From Desulfatiglandales bacterium (GTDB lineage Bacteria; Desulfobacterota; DSM-4660; Desulfatiglandales; Desulfatiglandaceae), in contig OY759599.1 of NCBI GenBank assembly GCA_963662465.1, forward strand, positions 7,136,001-7,200,000: 64,000 nucleotides of DNA, in the 5' to 3' direction. The translations under genes were made by a program, and so were the position numbers. This document shows, in pieces, positions 61,734-64,000 of this stretch. The stretch's first letter is position 1. Every line of letters begins with the position of its first letter. The notes below the pieces were generated by a model. That model worked only from the letters and a program-made list of their open reading frames with translations, was not told the DNA's origin and did not search any database.

Positions 61734-63670
61734 TATTCATCCAATCCAATAAAGAGGGGTTCTTGAACGGAAATTTCGGTGGATTCGAGCGGCAATTCAA
61801 TGGTGAAAGTGGTCCCGCCTTCCGGAGGGCATTCAAATCGAATGTTGCCGCCATGCAGGTTAATAATGTTCCGTGAAATACTAAGACCCAAACCGGTGCC
61901 TTTACCCACGGGTTTGGACGTGTAAAAAATATCAAATATTTTGTCCCGCATTTCCACGGGTATGCCGGGACCTTCGTCGGAAACCTGGACAACGAATTTT
62001 GATTCGTCAGCTTGGTATCCGGCCTTGATATGCAGCTTTCCAACCCCTTCCATGGCATCTGAAGCATTGGTGAAAAGGTTGGTAAAGACCTGCTGCAACT
62101 GTCCCATATCTCCCAGCATGGTGGGCATGTTCCGTTCGATCTCCTTGTGAACGCGAATATCCTGAAAAGCGGCCTGTTTGATGAGCAGGTTTAAACAGGT
62201 GTCGATAAGCTTTTCCAGTTCGAAGGCGGATTGTTTGCCGGTGGATTGCCGGCTGAACTCCAGTAATTCGGAAACGATTTTTTTGCATCTGAGGGTTTGC
62301 TTGATTATTTCGTTAATGTCTTCAAGGTGTTGCGGATTGTCCGCGAAGCTTTCTTTGAGGAGTTCCGCATAGATCAGCACGCCGGCCAGGGGATTATTGA
62401 TTTCGTGCGCAACGCCGGCCGCCATCCGTCCCACTGAAGCGATCTTGTCCGACTGCACCAGTTGAAGATGGGCATCTTCCAATTCCCGGCGCATCTGGAG
62501 AATCTCTCGCATATCGGTGAATGCGCCGACGCTTCCTATTTCCTTGCCTTCGCTTCTGATGATGGATGCGGACAGGGTGACCGGAATTTCTTCCCCTGAT
62601 TTATGGATGATGTTCATACTGGTAGGATTCAGTTTGCCTACGGGACCGTGTTCGTTGCTGCGCATCTTCTGCATGTTTTCCTTGGCGATGTCAATGTCGT
62701 AAAAACGGCTGAGATGACCGTACTTCATGATTTCCTCGGCGGAATATCCGGTTAGCCGCTCCATTCCGCCATTGAAAATCAAGACATGGCCTTTGGTGTC
62801 CACCACAACGATGCCGTCCACCGAACTTTGAATGACGTTTTGGAAGAAGGCATTGGATTTCTGGGCCTCCCGCTGCAGCTTGATCCTTTCCGTGATATCC
62901 CTGGCCGCTTCGATAACCTGCACGATTCGTCCCTGGTCGTCGAAGATGGGGGAGACCGTGACCACGTCGAAATGCGATTCCCCGTCGTCGCATTTCTTTT
63001 CAAGGATGGTGCTTATGGTTTTACCATGCTTTTTGACTTCGTTGAGATAACAGCGTTTTCCCATCTCATAGCAGGGCCAATGGTGGTGGTAGCGTACTTT
63101 GTAGCAGTGTCTTTGGAGCGCTTCCTCGTAGGTGATGTTGTTTTTTTTGAGAAATGTCTTGTTGACCATGCTGATGGTCATGTCCTCATTGACCACCATG
63201 AGCCGGTAAGGAAGAGAATCGAGAATCGTCTGGGTATGCTGTCTTGCTTTTTCTTCATCCCGCAAATGGGCTTCGGCAATCCATAGCATTCGGGTGGTTT
63301 TGTGATCCAGGAGGGCAGCGCCTCTGGGTTTGGTCCGCAGCAATTCTTTTACTATGTTCTCGGACCCGGTCAGTTCAATGATGAGGTTCAGACCATTGAT
63401 GGTATAGAGGTCATGGTAGTCGGAGGTGGTAAAAATGCCCATTTCCGCGGCATAGATAAATCCTTTGGCATGGGGGTCCGGGCTCGAAACACCCATGACT
63501 TTCATGTTCATCTGATCCAGTTGTCCTTCCCGATATTGTTTCAGGATTTCATAGCAGGAGATTCCGCCACCGACAATGGCTGTGATGAGAGCAGGGGCAT
63601 CGTGCTGGTCAGTTTCGAAATCCGGCACGACTGCCGTCGGTTTGGGAAGATCAGGGGATTTGGATTTCAT
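61733..63670 (-). CDS. PAS-PAS histidine kinase with an N-terminal Rossmann-like domain
   Basis: AIVGGG...LIIELTG N-terminus; AHEINNPL; NLFTNA; GKGTGLGL. Confidence 0.92.
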   Translation of the reverse strand: MKSKSPDLPKPTAVVPDFETDQHDAPALITAIVGGGISCYEILKQYREGQLDQMNMKVMGVSSPDPHAKGFIYAAEMGIFTTSDYHDLYTINGLNLIIELTGSENIVKELLRTKPRGAALLDHKTTRMLWIAEAHLRDEEKARQHTQTILDSLPYRLMVVNEDMTISMVNKTFLKKNNITYEEALQRHCYKVRYHHHWPCYEMGKRCYLNEVKKHGKTISTILEKKCDDGESHFDVVTVSPIFDDQGRIVQVIEAARDITERIKLQREAQKSNAFFQNVIQSSVDGIVVVDTKGHVLIFNGGMERLTGYSAEEIMKYGHLSRFYDIDIAKENMQKMRSNEHGPVGKLNPTSMNIIHKSGEEIPVTLSASIIRSEGKEIGSVGAFTDMREILQMRRELEDAHLQLVQSDKIASVGRMAAGVAHEINNPLAGVLIYAELLKESFADNPQHLEDINEIIKQTLRCKKIVSELLEFSRQSTGKQSAFELEKLIDTCLNLLIKQAAFQDIRVHKEIERNMPTMLGDMGQLQQVFTNLFTNASDAMEGVGKLHIKAGYQADESKFVVQVSDEGPGIPVEMRDKIFDIFYTSKPVGKGTGLGLSISRNIINLHGGNIRFECPPEGGTTFTIELPLESTEISVQEPLFIGLDE

Positions 63671-63709
63671 GGGGCCTCGATGAGCAAGGTCTGCTGTTTT
63701 ACGGGTGGT

Positions 63710-63735
63710 GAGTACGAATAATGATTCGCCCCTAC
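63710..63735. repeat. REP-like imperfect palindrome (GTAGGGGCGAAT type)
   Basis: GAGTACGAATAATGATTCGCCCCTAC, intergenic. Confidence 0.5.
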
Positions 63736-63737
63736 CG

Positions 63738-63989
63738 CTATGTTTTTTGCAATCGGGTGGCTACTTTTTTTTCCATATCCTTGCAAATGGCTTTCAGGGC
63801 CGGCCCCGGAGCGACGGGGCCTGAACCGTTCCAGCCATCGTTCAGGGCTTTTTTTTTCTTTTCTCGAAACTGCAAAACGGATTCAGACATGGTTTCCCAC
63901 GCAAAAAGCTTCTGCAGAATATGCCTTTCGGGTCCTGTCAGATCCCGGTCGGTATCAAAATGCTTGCCGTTTTTTGTTTTGATGATCAC
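63738..63989 (-). CDS. Small hypothetical protein
   Basis: 83-aa ORF co-oriented with the kinase cluster. Confidence 0.6.
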   Translation of the reverse strand: MIIKTKNGKHFDTDRDLTGPERHILQKLFAWETMSESVLQFREKKKKALNDGWNGSGPVAPGPALKAICKDMEKKVATRLQKT

Positions 63990-64000
63990 GGATGCCCTTT

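Overview
64-kb window from an anaerobic, deltaproteobacterial (Desulfobacterota-like) genome; taxon is inferred from gene content. (1) 1-8008 is a nest of mobile elements. A DDE IS (571-2514, 16-bp TIRs, ACGTT target duplication) splits tnpA of one IS66. That IS66 abuts an IS1634-like remnant, which abuts a second IS66 whose tnpC is split by an intact RIT element (three tyrosine recombinases). (2) 8.5-10 kb holds relics of a type-3 BREX locus. (3) 10-22 kb has a 1504-aa hypothetical protein, a decaying liv-type ABC/acyl-CoA ligase cluster, and fadR-etfBA with a Bacillus-type FadR box. (4) 23-31 kb is housekeeping-like: tRNA-Met, fabD, ogt, a radical SAM gene, shc-hpnG. (5) 31-35 kb encodes secreted proteins, including a vWA domain apparently split across two signal-peptide genes. 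(6) 35.8-47.7 kb is a sigma54-type operon: metF2-hdrA/L(Sec)-mvhD(Sec)-metV-metF-receiver-ACT-rnfB::gltD-like, with no hdrBC. (7) 48-55 kb is an accessory island with a sigma54 activator, three copies of a ~190-bp enhancer/promoter cassette, a secreted seleno-rhodanese, BrnT/BrnA and many internally deleted gene relics. (8) 55-64 kb has an MCP, a diguanylate cyclase and two-component genes. Four genes (ogt, hdrA, mvhD, rhodanese) carry an in-frame UGA at a conserved Cys position, so they are probable selenoproteins that the ORF track splits. All family calls come from motif recognition; no searches were run.
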